Origin: Candidatus Moraniibacteriota bacterium | GTDB taxonomy: Bacteria > Patescibacteriota > Minisyncoccia > Moranbacterales > UBA1568 | Direction: 5' to 3' | DNA length: 64,000 bases | Assembly: GCA_963778555.1 (NCBI GenBank) | Contig: CAVZUR010000005.1 | Span: 161,756 to 225,755 of the forward strand | In this document: positions 62,551 to 64,000 of the stretch, one piece after another | How the letters are laid out: every line of letters begins with the position of its first letter | Position numbering within the stretch: position 1 is the stretch's first letter | Position numbers and translations under genes: made by a program | The notes under the pieces: model-generated | Seen by the model: the letters and a program-made list of their open reading frames with translations, nothing else | Database searches by the model: none | What the model was told of the DNA's origin: nothing

Positions 62551-62769
62551 ATGCATGAAGTATCAGGCATGGCGAAGGAAGTCGGATCGGACTCGAACGC
62601 TGGGCGGACACGTTGCGAGGTGTGGACCCGCGTCATGGGCTATCATCGGCCGGTGTCACATTTCAACATCGGGAAAAAGGCGGAGCATTATTCCCGTAAG
62701 CATTTCGAAGAGTGCGTGGCGGATAATAGTCATTTCAAAGTCCAGTATCCCGCAACATCCAAGGCATGA
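62551..62769 (+). CDS. NrdD glycyl-radical domain, apparently a separate small protein
   Basis: CEVWTRVMGYHRPVSHFNIGKKAEH. Confidence 0.8.
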   Translation: MHEVSGMAKEVGSDSNAGRTRCEVWTRVMGYHRPVSHFNIGKKAEHYSRKHFEECVADNSHFKVQYPATSKA

Positions 62770-63470
62770 AACTTTCTGCGATCCAAAAGCTGACCCTGCT
62801 AGACTATCCGGACAAAGTCGCGTGCATCGCGTTTACTCCAGGCTGTAATTTGCGCTGCGGATTCTGTCATAATCCGGAATTTGTCCTGCCGGAGCGGCTC
62901 GCGGAACTCGCGGGCAGCTTCATACCGGAATCGCATTTCCTTGCCTTTCTCGAGCAGCGCCGGAAATTGCTGCAGGGCGTGGTCGTCTCGGGCGGGGAAC
63001 CCACCGTCTGGAGCGATTTGCCGGAATTTCTCGGACACATCAAGGAGCGGGGATTCGCGGTGAAACTCGATACAAACGGAAACCATCCACAGATGGTTGA
63101 GCATCTCATCCGTTCCGGGCTCGTTGATTATTTCGCTATGGACGTGAAGACCTCGCTCGAAGCGTACGGCCAGCTCGTCGGTCCAGGCGTCCAGCCTGAA
63201 CGTATTGCGGAGAGCATTGACCTGATTCGTAATTCCGGAGTCGAGTACGAGTTCCGGACCACACTCATCCGCGAACATCATACGGCTGATATTCTGCGGG
63301 CCGTGAAACAACTCTTGGACGGTGCGAAACGCGTCTATCTCCAGACCTTCCGCCCCGGCCACACGCTCATCCCGGCGTACACTGATTACCATGCGTTTTC
63401 GCCCGAGGAGATGGAATCGATCGCTGTACAATTCCGCGCGCCGAAGAGAGTGGTTGGAATCCGTGTCTAG
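62766..63470 (+). CDS. nrdG: Anaerobic RNR activating radical SAM enzyme
   Basis: LLDYP, GCNLRCGFCHN, SGGEPT, KLDTNG and YEFRTT motifs. Confidence 0.94.
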   Translation: MKLSAIQKLTLLDYPDKVACIAFTPGCNLRCGFCHNPEFVLPERLAELAGSFIPESHFLAFLEQRRKLLQGVVVSGGEPTVWSDLPEFLGHIKERGFAVKLDTNGNHPQMVEHLIRSGLVDYFAMDVKTSLEAYGQLVGPGVQPERIAESIDLIRNSGVEYEFRTTLIREHHTADILRAVKQLLDGAKRVYLQTFRPGHTLIPAYTDYHAFSPEEMESIAVQFRAPKRVVGIRV

Positions 63471-63517
63471 TGTATTGCCTGTCTGGTAGACTATAATCAA
63501 ATAAACAGCTACAGAGT

Positions 63518-64000
63518 ATGGAAGGACACAAACCATCCAACGGACGCGACTATTTCGTAGCGCTTTTGGTCGCGTCGGTGCTCTTGACCCTCTTCAGCTG
63601 CTATCTTCTCATCCGGCGCGGGTACTATTTTGATGCGCCACCGACGGCGGATATGCTCTACGTGCCGAATAAGGCCGTAGCGGGAGTCGGCATCGCGCTG
63701 CTCGCGCTCACCTTCCTCATCGGTCCGATCAGCCGCTATTTCAACCGTTTTGACTATTGGGTGGGGCTGCGCAAAGAGCTCGGCATCGTCGGGGCATTCT
63801 TTATCTTCGCACACGTCATCATTTCTTATCACTTCCTTCCGAAGAAATTTCCTCAGGAATGGTTTTCTTTTACCTCGCTCGAGTGGGCCGCGGGACTCGT
63901 GGGCACAATGCTGCTCCTCTTCCTCTTTATCATTTCGTTCCGCAAGATGGTTGAATTCATTGGTCCCGGGCGTTGGTGGTTCATGCAGCGCTGGGGTTTG
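63518..64000 (+). CDS. Ferric reductase-like transmembrane protein (MsrQ-like), frameshifted, runs off window end
   Basis: Hydrophobic segments with NKA, IGPISRY, LRKELGIVG..AH and WWFMQR readable across frames. Confidence 0.65.
   Translation, partial: MEGHKPSNGRDYFVALLVASVLLTLFSCYLLIRRGYYFDAPPTADMLYVPNKAVAGVGIALLALTFLIGPISRYFNRFDYWVGLRKELGIVGAFFIFAHVIISYHFLPKKFPQEWFSFTSLEWAAGLVGTMLLLFLFIISFRKMVEFIGPGRWWFMQRWGL

Overview
A 64-kb stretch of a bacterial chromosome whose gene content points to Patescibacteria/CPR (Parcubacteria-like; this is an inference). Supporting features are a 23S-5S operon unlinked from 16S, with IVSs and a group I intron, an editing-domain-less ThrRS, a DUF4012-like protein, a lamin-tail protein, an orphan pilB and many leaderless genes. 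Most of the window is housekeeping: gpmI, rny, HU, thrS, rodA, secG, pgi/pmi, manC, rnj, trpS, a phosphohexomutase, ychF, groL, pilB, rel, topA, dprA, nrdDG and 6 intact tRNAs. Many genes carry single-base frameshifts, most likely long-read assembly errors. The most unusual signals are non-coding. (1) Three tRNA loci (Ser, Pro, Gly) are surrounded by split or decayed copies of tRNA genes studded with short palindromes and paired inverted repeats. The Ser locus is a three-layer nest, and its outer inverted repeat shares a core (CCGTTAGAGA/TCTCTAACGG) with the ends of a small GIY-YIG nuclease cassette that overlaps tRNA-Pro. (2) The 3' ends of pilB and topA are duplicated downstream of integrase-free inserts, and the topA copy is synonymously recoded. 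(3) An AT-rich insertion of about 54 codons lies inside trpS. (4) There are several candidate structured RNAs and self-contained ORFan expression cassettes, including two paralogous Cys-rich lipoproteins with a conserved leader.
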